A stretch of 64,000 nucleotides of DNA from Actinomycetes bacterium. Its GTDB lineage: Bacteria > Actinomycetota > Actinomycetes > JBOGEN01. The stretch spans positions 166-64,165 of the forward strand of contig JBOGEN010000225.1 of NCBI GenBank assembly GCA_050743265.1, in the 5' to 3' direction. Below the pieces are notes generated by a model. It had not been told where the DNA came from, did no database searches, and saw only the letters and a list, made by a program, of their open reading frames with translations. Below, one piece after another: positions 41,152 through 53,601 of the stretch; positions within the stretch are counted from its first letter, which is position 1; every line of letters starts with the position of its first letter. The position numbers were made by a program, and so were the translations under genes.

Positions 41152-42650
41152 GCATGGGCGACGACCTCACGCGGCGGACCGCCGCCGAGACCGCCGCGCA
41201 CATCGCGTCCGGCGAGGTCTCGGCGGTCGAGGTGGCCCAGGCTCACCTGGACCGGGTGAGCGCCGTGGACGGGAAGATCCACGCGTTCCTGCACCTCGAT
41301 ACCGAGGGCACGCTGAAGGCCGCGCGTGCCGTCGACGACGCCCGCGCACGCGGGGAGGGGCTCGGCCCGCTGGCCGGCGTCCCGCTCGCGCTCAAGGACG
41401 TCTACACGATGAAGGACGTGCCGACGACCTGCGGCTCGAAGATCCTCGAGGGCTGGCGCCCGCCGTACGACTCGACCGTGGTCACCCGGCTGCGCGCGGC
41501 AGGTGTGGTCGTGCTCGGCAAGACGAACATGGACGAGTTCGCGATGGGCTCGTCCACGGAGAACTCTGCGTACGGGCCGACCCGCAACCCGTGGGACCTC
41601 GACCGGGTCCCCGGCGGCTCGGGCGGCGGGTCCAGCGCGGCAGTCGCCTCGTCCATGGCCCCGCTCGGGATCGGCACCGACACCGGGGGCTCCATCCGCC
41701 AGCCCGGCTCGGTCACCGGCACAGTCGGGGCCAAGCCCACGTATGGCGGCGTCTCCCGGTACGGGCTCGTCGCCTTCTCCTCCAGCCTCGACCAGCCCGG
41801 GCCGTGCGCCCGCACGGTGCTCGACGCGGCACTGCTGCACCAGGTCATGGGCGGGCACGACCCGTGTGACGCGACGAGCATCGACGCCCCCGTCCCGCCG
41901 GTGGTCGAGGCCGCCCGGCGGGCGGACGTGGCGGGCATGCGCGTCGGCGTCGTCCGCGAGTTCTCTGGCGAGGGGTACCAGAGCGGAGTGGAGCAGCGCT
42001 TCCGCGAGGCCGTCGACCTGCTCGGCGAGCTCGGGGCCGAGGTCGTCGAGGTCTCCTGCCCGCACTTCGACTACGCCCTGCCCGCGTACTACCTCATCGC
42101 GCCGAGCGAGGCTTCGTCGAACCTCGCCCGGTTCGACGCGATGCGGTACGGGCTGCGGGTCGGCGACGACGGCGAGCGCAGCGCCGAGGAGGTGATGGCG
42201 CTCACCCGTGCGACCGGCTTCGGCGACGAGGTGAAGCGGCGAGTCATGCTCGGCACGTACGCGCTCTCGTCCGGCTACTACGACGCGTACTACGGGCAGG
42301 CCCAGAAGGTACGCACGCTGGTGACGCGGGACTTCGAGGCCGCGTTCGCGCAGGTGGACGTGCTGGTCTCGCCGACCACGCCGACGACGGCCTTCAGGCT
42401 CGGGGAGCGTACGGAGGACCCGATGGCGATGTACCTGGCCGACCTGTGCACGATCCCGTCCAACCTCGCCGGCAACGCGGCGCTCTCCGTGCCGTGCGGC
42501 CGAGCCCCCGAGGACGGCCTGCCGGTGGGGCTGCAGGTGATGGCCCCGCCCCTGGCGGACGATCGCATGTACCGGGTCGCCGCCGCGGTCGAGGCGGCGC
42601 TCGTGCAGCGGTGGGGCCACCCGCTCAGCGAGGAGGTGCCCGCGCTGTGA
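41148..42650 (+). CDS. gatA: Asp/Glu-tRNA amidotransferase subunit A
   Basis: Amidase signature ...GGSSGGSAAAVA..., ...[11 protein letters not shown]... Confidence 0.95.
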   Translation: MSMGDDLTRRTAAETAAHIASGEVSAVEVAQAHLDRVSAVDGKIHAFLHLDTEGTLKAARAVDDARARGEGLGPLAGVPLALKDVYTMKDVPTTCGSKILEGWRPPYDSTVVTRLRAAGVVVLGKTNMDEFAMGSSTENSAYGPTRNPWDLDRVPGGSGGGSSAAVASSMAPLGIGTDTGGSIRQPGSVTGTVGAKPTYGGVSRYGLVAFSSSLDQPGPCARTVLDAALLHQVMGGHDPCDATSIDAPVPPVVEAARRADVAGMRVGVVREFSGEGYQSGVEQRFREAVDLLGELGAEVVEVSCPHFDYALPAYYLIAPSEASSNLARFDAMRYGLRVGDDGERSAEEVMALTRATGFGDEVKRRVMLGTYALSSGYYDAYYGQAQKVRTLVTRDFEAAFAQVDVLVSPTTPTTAFRLGERTEDPMAMYLADLCTIPSNLAGNAALSVPCGRAPEDGLPVGLQVMAPPLADDRMYRVAAAVEAALVQRWGHPLSEEVPAL

Positions 42651-44173
42651 GCACGACGACGACGGCAACCGTGCCGTTCGACACGGCCCTGACCCGCTAC
42701 GACCCGGTCCTCGGGCTCGAGGTCCACGTCGAGCTGGGGACGCGGTCGAAGATGTTCTGCGGCTGCCCGACCGCGTTCGGCGCCGAGCCGAACACGCAGG
42801 TGTGCCCGGTGTGCCTGGGCCTGCCCGGCTCGCTCCCGGTGACGAACGAGGCGGCGATCGAGGGCACGATCCGCATCGGCCTCGCGCTCAACTGCGACAT
42901 CGCGGCGTGGTGCCGCTTCGCGCGCAAGAACTACTTCTACCCGGACATGCCGAAGAACTTCCAGATCTCGCAGTACGACGAGCCGCTGTGCACCGACGGC
43001 TACCTCGACGTCACCGTCGCGGACGCCGAGGACGGGCCGCAGGTCTATCGGGTCGAGATCGAGCGCGTGCACCTCGAGGAGGACACCGGCAAGACGTTGC
43101 ACGTCGGCGGCAGCACGGGCCGCATCCACGGGGCGAGCCACTCCCTCGTCGACTACAACCGTGCCGGCATCCCGCTGGTCGAGATCGTCACGAAGCCCAT
43201 CACCGGGGCGGGGGTCCGGGCGCCCGAGGTCGCCCGGGCGTACGTGACCGAGCTGCGCGAGGTGATGCGCACCCTCGGCGTCTCCGACGTCCGCATGGAG
43301 GAGGGCTCGCTGCGCTGCGACGCGAACGTGTCCCTCATGCCGAAGGGCTCGACGACGCTGGGCACGCGGTCCGAGACGAAGAACGTGAACTCGCTGCGGT
43401 CGGTCGAGCGGGCCGTCCGGGCGGAGATCGAGCGGCACGCGGGCGTCCTGGACGCCGGCAGCCGCGTCGTCCAGGAGACCCGGCACTGGCACGAGGACAC
43501 CGGGATCACCACGTCCGGCCGGTCGAAGGAGCAGGCCGAGGACTACCGGTACTTCCCCGAGCCCGACCTCGTCCCGCTCGCACCGGACGCGGCGTGGGTC
43601 AAGTCCCTGCACGACGCGCTGCCCGAGCTGCCGTCCGCGCGCCGTCGCCGGCTGCAGGAGGCCTGGGGGTTCGACGAGGCGAGCATGCAGGCGCTGGTCA
43701 ACGCGGGCGCGCTCGACCTCGTCACCGAGACCGTGGACGCGGGCGCGCCCCCGGACCAGGCCCGCAAGTGGTGGCTCGGCGAGCTGGCCCGACGGGCGAA
43801 CGAGCAGGGCGTGGACCTCACCGCGCTGCCGGTCACCCCGGCGCAGGTGGCGCGCGTCGTGACGCTGGTCGAGGACGGCACGCTCAACGACAAGCTGGCC
43901 CGTCAGGTCCTCGAGGGCGTGGCTGCGGGCGAGGGTGACCCGGACGCGGTGCTCGAACAGCGGGGGCTCGCCGTGGTCAGCGACGACGCCGCCCTCGGTG
44001 CGGCCGTGGACGAGGCCATCGCCGGCAACCCCGACGCCGCCGAGAAGGTCAGGGGCGGCAAGGTCGCGGCGGCCGGTGCCCTGGTTGGTGCGGTGATGAA
44101 GGCGACCAGGGGCCAGGCGGACGCCTCGCGTGCCCGCGAGCTGATCCTCGCGCGGCTCGGCGACTCCGGCTGA
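42647..44173 (+). CDS. gatB: Asp/Glu-tRNA amidotransferase subunit B
   Basis: ...[23 protein letters not shown]...[18 protein letters not shown]... GTG 42647 overlaps the gatA stop. Confidence 0.95.
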   Translation: MSTTTTATVPFDTALTRYDPVLGLEVHVELGTRSKMFCGCPTAFGAEPNTQVCPVCLGLPGSLPVTNEAAIEGTIRIGLALNCDIAAWCRFARKNYFYPDMPKNFQISQYDEPLCTDGYLDVTVADAEDGPQVYRVEIERVHLEEDTGKTLHVGGSTGRIHGASHSLVDYNRAGIPLVEIVTKPITGAGVRAPEVARAYVTELREVMRTLGVSDVRMEEGSLRCDANVSLMPKGSTTLGTRSETKNVNSLRSVERAVRAEIERHAGVLDAGSRVVQETRHWHEDTGITTSGRSKEQAEDYRYFPEPDLVPLAPDAAWVKSLHDALPELPSARRRRLQEAWGFDEASMQALVNAGALDLVTETVDAGAPPDQARKWWLGELARRANEQGVDLTALPVTPAQVARVVTLVEDGTLNDKLARQVLEGVAAGEGDPDAVLEQRGLAVVSDDAALGAAVDEAIAGNPDAAEKVRGGKVAAAGALVGAVMKATRGQADASRARELILARLGDSG

Positions 44174-44177
44174 CCGG

Positions 44178-44217
44178 CCGGGGGCTGTGACGTCCCGAGG
44201 GACGTCCTGAGCCCCGG
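44178..44217. terminator. nested hairpin between convergent gatB and GGDEF-EAL genes
   Basis: ccgggggct..gacgtccc-ga-gggacgtc..agccccgg. Confidence 0.45.
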
Positions 44218-44218
44218 C

Positions 44219-46519
44219 TCAGGGCAGCGCCTGCGGCGTCTCGTGTGAGGCGCCGGACGTGGCGGACGAGCCCGTCGTGGCGGTGGGAGCCGCGGTCGGT
44301 GTGTCCAGGCGCGCCGAGGTCACGCCGCCCTCCTCCCCGCTGAGCCAGGTGGTGAAGTCCGCCGCGGTCATCGGCCGCGCGTAGTGGTAGCCCTGCGCGT
44401 GCGCGACGCCGAGCTCGACGAGGAGCGACGCCTCGTCCGGGGTTCCGACGCCCTCCGCCGTCGCGTCCAGGCCGAGGGCGTCCGCCATCGCGGCCACGGC
44501 GCGCAACATCACCGCGCGCTGCGGGTCGTCCCGGGCGCCGTCGACCAGCGCCCTGTCGACCTTGAGCACGTCCGCGGGGAACGTGTGCAGGTACGCGAGC
44601 GAGCAGTACCCGGTGCCGAAGTCGTCCAGGGCGACCCCCACGCCGAACTCGCGGACGCGGGTCAGGGTGTCGCGGATTCCCGCGGTGTCCTCGGCGAGCA
44701 CGGTCTCGGTGACCTCGAGCACGAGACTCTGCGGGACGAGGTCGTGCCGCGCCAGCGACCCCGCGACGACCTCGAGGAAGCAGGGCGCGGACAGCTGCAG
44801 CATCGATACGTTGACGCTGACCGGAATGCTCAGGCCTGCCTTCTGCCAGCGCGCGGCCTCGGCCAGGGCACGGTCGAGCACGAGCGCGCCCAGCGCGTCG
44901 ACGCAGCCGCGGTGCTCGGCCAGCGGGACGAACACGGCGGGGGAGACCGGCCCGAGCTCCGGGTGGGTCCACCGGGCGAGCGCCTCGGCGCCTGTCGCGC
45001 GCCCGGTGCGGACGTCGACCACCGGCTGGAAGGCCACGTCCACGGCACCGGCGGCCACCGCCTCCTCGAGGTCGTGCCCGAGCCGCCGGCGCACCGCGGC
45101 GTCCGCCCGCAGTGACGCCGAGAACCCGACCGGACCGGTGACGCCGGGGACCTCGGCCGCATCCAGCGCGGCCCGCGCGTCGTCCCTGATGCCGCCGAAC
45201 TCGGTGAGGCGCAGCGGGAGGATCGCGCAGACCGGGGCGAGCGAGCGCTCCCGGCCGCGGACGGTCACCGGGACGTCGAGCGCCGCGGCGTACCGGCGGG
45301 CGACGTCGGGCCCGTCCTCCTCGGGGCAGAGCGCGGCGAGGTCACCGTCGCCCCAGCGGGCGAGGCCCAGCCCCCTGGACACCTCGCGCAGCCGGTCTGC
45401 GGCCACCGTGATCATGCGGTCGGCGAGGCCGTCGCCGACCGAGCTGCGGACCGTCTCCACGCTGCGCAACCGGATCAGGACGAGCGCCTGGCCCCGGGCG
45501 GTGTCGCCCGCGCCGACCTGGGTGTGCGCGCCGGTGAGGAGCGCGTCCCGCGTGAGCAGGTCGGTGAGTGGGTCGTGCGTACGCCGGTGGTCGAGCTCGG
45601 ACTCGAGGTGCCGAGCGGTGAGCGCACCCTGGCGCTGCACCGGCACGTGGACGAGCCCCAGCGCCACCACGAGCACCCCGAGGCACCACAGCAGCACCGG
45701 GTCCGGCGAGGCGGCGACCGAGGTCGCGACGAGCCCCGCCGTGACCGCGGCCACCGCGACCGCGACGGGCACCCCCCGGCCCTCCAGGGCGCGCACCGAC
45801 CGCGTCCCGCGGGCCGGCATCGGCCCGGGACGGCCGGGGGCCATGGCGAGCAGGGCCCAGCCCGCGACGTAGAGGACGTCCAGCCACACGCTGTGTATGC
45901 CGGTGACCGACACCCGGTAGAGCGAGACGTCGCCGATCGCGACGAACGTGAGGCCCGTGGTGAGCAGGCCGACCCGGATGCCGGCGCTGTACACGGCGGT
46001 CCGGCCGTACCGGGCGACCAGCAGCACGAGGAAGATCAGCATGCCGTCCGCCAGGCACCAGACGACGGCCTCGAGCCGCTGCTGCTCGGGGACGCCGAAG
46101 CGGTCCATGACCGGTCCGAGCAAGGTCAGCCAGATCGCGACGAACGTGGCCCCCGCGAGCAGGACGGCCTCGGCGACGGCGCGCAGTCGCACCCAGCCGT
46201 GGGCGACGACATCCAGCGGGACCGTGAGCAGCGCCGCCACGCCGAGGACGAGCCCGAGCCAGAACAGCGCCGAGGCCACCGGCTCGACGGCCACGCCCCA
46301 GGACGGGTCGACCGCGGCTACGCCGGTCCAGAACAGCTGGGCGCCGCCCCAGGTGAAGGCGGCGGCGCTCGTGAGTCCGAGGAACCGGTGCTCGGGACGC
46401 TCCCGCGCCCGGCGGTGCCACTGCCACCCGGCCATCAGTGCTGACGCGCCCAGCAGCGTCTCGCCTGCCGGCCACGGGAGGGGCCGTAGGACCAGGGGGA
46501 GCGCATTGACGACGGCCAC
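44219..46519 (-). CDS. membrane sensor protein with degenerate GGDEF domain and intact EAL domain (predicted c-di-GMP phosphodiesterase)
   Basis: The N-terminus has about 8 TM segments. The GGDEF position reads ARWGDGDLAAL. EAL-domain motifs EALARW, SVNVS, EVTE, DDFGTGY, KVDR, EGVGT and QGY are present. Confidence 0.88.
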   Translation of the reverse strand: MAVVNALPLVLRPLPWPAGETLLGASALMAGWQWHRRARERPEHRFLGLTSAAAFTWGGAQLFWTGVAAVDPSWGVAVEPVASALFWLGLVLGVAALLTVPLDVVAHGWVRLRAVAEAVLLAGATFVAIWLTLLGPVMDRFGVPEQQRLEAVVWCLADGMLIFLVLLVARYGRTAVYSAGIRVGLLTTGLTFVAIGDVSLYRVSVTGIHSVWLDVLYVAGWALLAMAPGRPGPMPARGTRSVRALEGRGVPVAVAVAAVTAGLVATSVAASPDPVLLWCLGVLVVALGLVHVPVQRQGALTARHLESELDHRRTHDPLTDLLTRDALLTGAHTQVGAGDTARGQALVLIRLRSVETVRSSVGDGLADRMITVAADRLREVSRGLGLARWGDGDLAALCPEEDGPDVARRYAAALDVPVTVRGRERSLAPVCAILPLRLTEFGGIRDDARAALDAAEVPGVTGPVGFSASLRADAAVRRRLGHDLEEAVAAGAVDVAFQPVVDVRTGRATGAEALARWTHPELGPVSPAVFVPLAEHRGCVDALGALVLDRALAEAARWQKAGLSIPVSVNVSMLQLSAPCFLEVVAGSLARHDLVPQSLVLEVTETVLAEDTAGIRDTLTRVREFGVGVALDDFGTGYCSLAYLHTFPADVLKVDRALVDGARDDPQRAVMLRAVAAMADALGLDATAEGVGTPDEASLLVELGVAHAQGYHYARPMTAADFTTWLSGEEGGVTSARLDTPTAAPTATTGSSATSGASHETPQALP

Positions 46520-46590
46520 TGCCGGGCGAGGGTACGCCGCGTCCCGGCCGCCGCCGTGACCGGTGCTCCGCTCGCGCGCTGCCGTACCGC

Positions 46591-47748
46591 TCAGCGAACG
46601 ACGACGCGCAGGATGCGGTCGTCGGACTCCTGCGGGTCGCCCCGTCCGTCCTGGTTGCTCGTGGTCAGCCAGAGGCTCCCGTCCGGTGCGGCCACGACCG
46701 TTCGCAGCCGTCCGTACCGCTGGGTGAACGTCGCACGCGGCCGACCGGCACGCTCACCGTCGACCGGCACCTGCCACAGCCGCTCGCCCCCCAGCGCGGC
46801 CATGTAGACCACGCCGCCGAGGTACGCCACGCCGCTCGGTGATGCCTCGGCGGTCGACCACTGGCGGACCGGGTTGGTGAACTCGCCGCCACGGGTGTCG
46901 GCCCTGCCCTCGACCTCCGGCCACCCGTAGTTGCGCCCGGGCCGGATGAGGTTGAGCTCGTCCCAGGTGTTCTGGCCGAACTCGGCCGCCCAGAGCCGGC
47001 CGTCCGGGTCGAAGGCCAGACCCTGCACGTTGCGATGGCCGAAGCTGTAGACCAACGAGTCGGCGAACGGGTTGTCCGCAGGGACCGAGCCGTCCGGCTC
47101 CATCCGCAGGATCTTGCCGTTCAGCGAGTCGCGGTCCTGCGCTCGGCTCGACACGCCCGCGTCACCCGTCCCGGCGTAGAGCATGCCGTCCGGCCCGAAC
47201 GCGAGCCGGCCGCCGTCGTGGAACGACGCGTTCGCGATGCCGTCGAGGATCACCTCGCCGTGCGTGAATCCGTCGCCGTCCAGCGTGAACCGCACGATCC
47301 GGTTGTCGGCGGACGCGGTGAAGTACACGTACACCGCGCGGTCCTGGGCGAACTCGGGCGACACGGCGAGCCCGAGCAGCCCGCCCTCCCCGTTCGGGAC
47401 GACGCCCGGCACCCTGCCCACCGCACGCGTCGTCCCGTCCGGGCTCACCCGCAGGACCCGTCCCGTCGCCCGCTCGGTGACGAGGGCGTCCCCGGACGGC
47501 AGGAAGTCGAGGCCCCACGGGACGTCCAACCCCTCGGCCACGGTGCCGGTGACCCGGGGCCCACCGGGTGCGGTCGGCGTCGCGGGCCCGGAGGCCGTGG
47601 GCTCGGGCTCGGCCGGGCTGGGCGACGCGCTCGGGGCCGGCGCCGCGGGGGAGGGCGCCGTCTCGTCGTCCCCGCTGCACCCGCCGACGAGGAGCGTGCT
47701 CACACAGGCGGTCGCCACGAGCGTGGCGACCCGGCGTCTGGCGGGCAT
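46591..47748 (-). CDS. PQQ-dependent soluble sugar (aldose) dehydrogenase-like lipoprotein
   Basis: Lipobox LLVGGCSG, then ...LDVPWGLDFLP.G..LVTER.G.......GEGGLLGLA...HDGGRLAFGPDG.LY...GHRN.QGLAFDP.GRLW..E.G... The start at ATG 47748 lies within ORF 46591..48417. Confidence 0.85.
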   Translation of the reverse strand: MPARRRVATLVATACVSTLLVGGCSGDDETAPSPAAPAPSASPSPAEPEPTASGPATPTAPGGPRVTGTVAEGLDVPWGLDFLPSGDALVTERATGRVLRVSPDGTTRAVGRVPGVVPNGEGGLLGLAVSPEFAQDRAVYVYFTASADNRIVRFTLDGDGFTHGEVILDGIANASFHDGGRLAFGPDGMLYAGTGDAGVSSRAQDRDSLNGKILRMEPDGSVPADNPFADSLVYSFGHRNVQGLAFDPDGRLWAAEFGQNTWDELNLIRPGRNYGWPEVEGRADTRGGEFTNPVRQWSTAEASPSGVAYLGGVVYMAALGGERLWQVPVDGERAGRPRATFTQRYGRLRTVVAAPDGSLWLTTSNQDGRGDPQESDDRILRVVVR

Positions 47749-47869
47749 GCCGTCCTCCTCGGGGGCGGACCACCAGGTGGCGTAGATCGTCCGAACTCTA
47801 TGCGAGAGGGGGCTCCCCGGGACGCAACGCGACACGGTGCTGCCCGCCGTGCCGAGTGCAGTGCCGGGT

Positions 47870-47900
47870 GCCGTGCCGATCGCCGTGCCGATCGCCGTCC
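47870..47900. repeat. 12-bp tandem repeat gccgtgccgatc x2.6, within a run of five GTGCCG hexamers (47849..47890)
   Basis: Read directly. The region is intergenic between divergent genes. Confidence 0.9.
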
Positions 47901-48061
47901 TGAGTGGGCGGCTCCCGCGGCCGGCCGTGGGGTGCGCCCGCGCGTACCGGCCGGCCGATCGCGGGACGGCCTCGGCTAACCTCCTGCCGCATGCACGACT
48001 CACCCCCTTCCTGCGCAGCACCCAGCGCCCGGCCACACGGCGACGGACACGGGGAGTGCGC

Positions 48062-48973
48062 ATGACCGTCTGGGTGCCGTACGAGGACGCGGCCGAACGC
48101 CTGGGGCGGCTGCCCGACGGGCTGGGCCTGGTGACAGGCGACACGCTGACCGAGGACGCGCTCGCCGCGGTGGACTTCTGGGTCCCCTCGTACATGGGGG
48201 CCGGGCCCGTCGTGGAGAAGTACGCCGGGCGGATGCCCTCGCTGCGGGTGGTGCAGACCCTCACCGCGGGGGTGGACGACGTGCTCGCCCACGTCCCGGA
48301 CGGGGTGACGCTGTGCAACGCGCGGGGCGTGCACGACGCGAGCACCGCCGAGCTCACGCTGGGGCTCATCCTCGCCTCGCAGCGCGGCATCGACGACTTC
48401 GCCCGCGCCCACACCACCGGTACCTGGCTGCACGGCAGGCGTCCGTCGCTGGCGGACCGTACGGTGCTGCTCGTCGGCTACGGCGCCGTGGCGGGTGCGG
48501 TGGAGCGGCGGCTGGCCGGCTTCGAGGTGGATGTGCTGCGGGCCGCCCGTACGCCCCGTGAGGGCGTGGCCGGCATGGAGGCGCTGCCCGAGCTGCTGCC
48601 GAGCGCCGACGTGGTGGTGCTCACCGTGCCGCTCACCGAGGAGACCCGCGGGCTCGCGGACGCGGCGTTCCTCGCCCGGATGAAGGACGGTGCGCTGCTC
48701 GTCAACGTCGCGCGGGGCCCGGTCGTGGACACCGACGCGCTGCTCGGCGAGACGACGGCAGGGCGCCTGCGGGCCGCGCTCGACGTGACGGACCCCGAGC
48801 CGCTGCCCCCGGACCACCCGCTGTGGCGGGCTCCCGGCGTCCTGGTCAGCCCGCACGTGGGGGGCAACTCGACCGCGTTCCTCCCCCGGGCGTACCGCCT
48901 GCTGAGCGACCAGCTGCGCCGCTACGCGGCCGGTGAGCCGCTGGCCAACGTGGTGGCCGGGCCGGCGATCTGA
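48062..48973 (+). CDS. D-isomer-specific 2-hydroxyacid dehydrogenase family protein
   Basis: ...LLVGYGAVAGAVERRL...VNVARG.VVD...RAALDVTDPEPLP..HPLW..P.VL.SPHVGG... Confidence 0.88.
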   Translation: MTVWVPYEDAAERLGRLPDGLGLVTGDTLTEDALAAVDFWVPSYMGAGPVVEKYAGRMPSLRVVQTLTAGVDDVLAHVPDGVTLCNARGVHDASTAELTLGLILASQRGIDDFARAHTTGTWLHGRRPSLADRTVLLVGYGAVAGAVERRLAGFEVDVLRAARTPREGVAGMEALPELLPSADVVVLTVPLTEETRGLADAAFLARMKDGALLVNVARGPVVDTDALLGETTAGRLRAALDVTDPEPLPPDHPLWRAPGVLVSPHVGGNSTAFLPRAYRLLSDQLRRYAAGEPLANVVAGPAI

Positions 48974-49113
48974 GCCAGGGCCGGCAGTCCGAGCGAGCGC
49001 CGGAGAGCTGAGCGCAGGCCGGTGATCGAGAGCGCAGGCCGACGAGTGGCCGGCCGGGTCCATCAGGCCCGTCATTACAGTGGGGCGACGCCCCGGTCCG
49101 AGGAGCACGAACG

Positions 49114-50808
<1,695 letters not shown>

Positions 50809-50999
50809 GGCCTCCGCCACTGAGGACTCTGCGATCTGCGACGTGAGGCCTGTGCGACTGACGCGGCAGCCCACGCCGCGGAGGCCGGGCCCCGTGGGGC
50901 CAGCGGTCCAACGCTGCCCGGTGCGCCTGGTGTGCCCACATCCCGAGACGGCCGTCTCGACAGGTTGACACCCTGGCCGGTGTACGCAACCGTGGGCGA

Positions 51000-51041
51000 A
51001 TGCGTCACAGCATTCTCGTACTTCGCAGGCGCGCGAGCTGA
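51000..51041 (+). CDS. ilvB leader peptide MRHSILVLRRRAS (candidate)
   Basis: A 13-codon ORF with four consecutive branched-chain codons (I-L-V-L). It lies 22 nt upstream of a U-tailed hairpin and 125 nt upstream of ilvB. Confidence 0.55.
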   Translation: MRHSILVLRRRAS

Positions 51042-51062
51042 GCCACCGGCCGCTCGTGCGCT

Positions 51063-51095
51063 GCCCCTCGCCCTGTCCAGGGCCAGGGGCTTTTT
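51063..51095 (+). terminator. attenuator terminator upstream of ilvB
   Basis: gcccct-cg-ccct-gtcc-aggg-cc-aggggc followed by TTTTT. Confidence 0.6.
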
Positions 51096-51165
51096 CATGA
51101 CCAGCCCTCCGCCGTGAACCGACGAACCCCTCCGGCGTAGCCCACCACGACGAGAGAGACGAACC

Positions 51166-52917
51166 ATGGCCGCGGACATGACCGGCGCCCAGTCCCTCAT
51201 CCGCTCGCTCGAGGCGCTCGGCGTCGACACCGTGTTCGGCATCCCGGGCGGGGCGATCCTCCCCGCGTACGACCCGATGCTCGACTCGGACACGGTGCGC
51301 CACGTCCTCGTCCGGCACGAGCAGGGCGCGGGCCACGCCGCCCAGGGGTACGCGCAGGCCACCGGCAAGGTCGGCGTCTGCATGGCGACCAGCGGCCCGG
51401 GGGCCACCAACCTCGTGACGCCCATCGCCGACGCGTACATGGACTCGGTGCCCATGGTCGCGATCACCGGCCAGGTGCCCAGCGCGGCCATCGGCACGGA
51501 CGCCTTCCAGGAGGCGGACATCCGCGGGATCACCATGCCGATCACCAAGCACAACTACCTGGTGACGGACCCGGACGAGATCCCGCGCGCCATCGCCGAG
51601 GCGTTCCACATCGCCGAGTCCGGGCGGCCCGGCCCCGTCCTTGTCGACGTGTCCAAGGACGCGCTGCAGGCCAGGACGGAGTTCCGCTGGCCGCCGCCGT
51701 TCGACCTCCCGGGGTATCGGCCGGTGTCCCGGCCGCATCCGAAGCAGATCCGCGAGGCGGCCCGCCTCATGACCGCCGCCCGGCGTCCCGTCCTCTACGT
51801 GGGCGGGGGCGTGCTCAAGGCCCGCGCCACCGCCGAGCTGCGGGTGCTCGCCGAGCAGACGAACATCCCCGTGGTCACCACGTTGATGGCACGCGGTGCG
51901 TTCCCGGACAGCCACCCGCAGCACCTGGGGATGCCCGGCATGCACGGCACCGTCGCCGCAGTGACCGCGTTGCAGAAGTCCGACCTCATCGTCTCGCTGG
52001 GCGCGCGGTTCGACGACCGGGTGACAGGCAAGCTGTCGACGTTCGCGCCCGACGCCAAGGTCGTGCACGCCGACATCGACCCGGCCGAGATCTCGAAGAA
52101 CCGCGTCGCGGACGTCCCCATCGTCGGTGACTGCCGTGACGTGATCGCCGAGCTCGTCTCCGCCGTCGGGGCCGAGCACGAGGCGGGGCGTACGGGGGAG
52201 ATCGCCGCGTGGTGGCAGGCGCTGGAGCAGTGGCGCCGGACGTACCCGCTGGGGTACGACACCCCCGACGACGGCTCGCTCTCCCCGCAGTACGTCATCG
52301 AGCGCATCGGTGCCCTCACCGGACCGGAGGGCGTCTACGTCGCCGGGGTGGGCCAGCACCAGATGTGGGCGGCCCAGTTCATCGGCTACGAGCACCCGGC
52401 CACGTGGATCAACTCCGGCGGGCTGGGCACGATGGGCTTCGCGGTCCCGGCGGCGATGGGTGCGCAGATGGGCCGGCCCGACGCCACGGTGTGGGCCATC
52501 GACGGGGACGGCTGCTTCCAGATGACCAACCAGGAGCTCGCCACCTGCGCGCTCGAGGGCGTGCCCATCAAGGTTGCCGTCATCAACAACGGCAGCCTCG
52601 GCATGGTCCGCCAGTGGCAGACCCTCTTCTACGGGGCGCGGTACTCCAACACCGACCTGCACTCCGCCCGCCGGATCCCGGACTTCGCCCGGCTTGCCGA
52701 GGCGTACGGCTGCGTGGGCCTGCGGTGCGAGAAGGCCGAGGACGTCGACACCACGATCGAGAAGGCGATGGGAGAGACCGACGCCCCCGTCGTCGTCGAC
52801 TTCGTCGTGCACCGGGACGCGATGGTGTGGCCGATGGTCCCGGCCGGGACGTCCAACGACGACATCCAGATCGCCCGGGGCATGGCGCCCGAGTGGGACC
52901 GCGAGGAGGAAGCGTGA
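51166..52917 (+). CDS. ilvB: acetolactate synthase large subunit
   Basis: ...[17 protein letters not shown]...[14 protein letters not shown]...GLGTMGF..PAAMG... Confidence 0.95.
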   Translation: MAADMTGAQSLIRSLEALGVDTVFGIPGGAILPAYDPMLDSDTVRHVLVRHEQGAGHAAQGYAQATGKVGVCMATSGPGATNLVTPIADAYMDSVPMVAITGQVPSAAIGTDAFQEADIRGITMPITKHNYLVTDPDEIPRAIAEAFHIAESGRPGPVLVDVSKDALQARTEFRWPPPFDLPGYRPVSRPHPKQIREAARLMTAARRPVLYVGGGVLKARATAELRVLAEQTNIPVVTTLMARGAFPDSHPQHLGMPGMHGTVAAVTALQKSDLIVSLGARFDDRVTGKLSTFAPDAKVVHADIDPAEISKNRVADVPIVGDCRDVIAELVSAVGAEHEAGRTGEIAAWWQALEQWRRTYPLGYDTPDDGSLSPQYVIERIGALTGPEGVYVAGVGQHQMWAAQFIGYEHPATWINSGGLGTMGFAVPAAMGAQMGRPDATVWAIDGDGCFQMTNQELATCALEGVPIKVAVINNGSLGMVRQWQTLFYGARYSNTDLHSARRIPDFARLAEAYGCVGLRCEKAEDVDTTIEKAMGETDAPVVVDFVVHRDAMVWPMVPAGTSNDDIQIARGMAPEWDREEEA

Positions 52918-53007
52918 GGCGCAGGGAGCCCGTCGGCCGAGCGAAGCGAGGGCAGGGGGAGCGGAGCCGAGCGTGCTTCCGACCCAGGAGCGAGGAGGAA
53001 GCGTGAG
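52901..53007. repeat. 18-bp perfect direct repeat (gcgaggaggaagcgtgag) at 52901..52918 and 52990..53007 flanking a 71-bp insert between ilvB and ilvN
   Basis: Read directly. Copy 1 contains the ilvB stop and copy 2 contains the ilvN SD and GTG start. Confidence 0.9.
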
Positions 53008-53539
53008 CAAGCACACCCTGAGCGTCCTCGTCGAGAACAAGTCCGGTGTCCTCGCCCGGGTGGCGGCGCTGTTCGCCCGGCGTGGCTTCAACATCGACTC
53101 GCTCGCCGTGGGGCCGACGGAGTACCCGGAGATCTCCCGGATGACGGTTGTCGTGGACGCCGAGGACACCCCGCTCGAGCAGGTGACCAAGCAGCTCAAC
53201 AAGCTCGTCAACGTGATCAAGATCGTCGAGCTCGACCCGGCCGCGTCCGTCCAGCGCGAGATCGTCCTCATCAAGGTGAAGGCCGACCTGGAGAACCGGA
53301 CGCACGTGCTGGAGACCGTCGAGCTGTTCCGTGCCAAGGTCGTGGACGTGTCGGTCGACGCGGTGACCATCGAGGCCACCGGCACGGCCGACAAACTCGA
53401 GGCGTTCATCCGCGTCCTGGAGCCGTTCGGCATCCGTGAGCTCGTCCAGTCCGGCATGGTCGCCGTCGGACGCGGGCCCCGCTCCATCACCGACCGTGCG
53501 CTCCGTTCCGTGGACCGGCCGGGGGACCGGACTGCCTGA
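53003..53539 (+). CDS. ilvN: acetolactate synthase small (regulatory) subunit
   Basis: [37 protein letters not shown]... (ACT domain). Confidence 0.93.
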   Translation: MSKHTLSVLVENKSGVLARVAALFARRGFNIDSLAVGPTEYPEISRMTVVVDAEDTPLEQVTKQLNKLVNVIKIVELDPAASVQREIVLIKVKADLENRTHVLETVELFRAKVVDVSVDAVTIEATGTADKLEAFIRVLEPFGIRELVQSGMVAVGRGPRSITDRALRSVDRPGDRTA

Positions 53540-53601
53540 CACCCCTTGACCCTCGCCTCCGCCGATCGAGAACCATCCGTACCGAGGAAGGAACCACCCC
53601 C

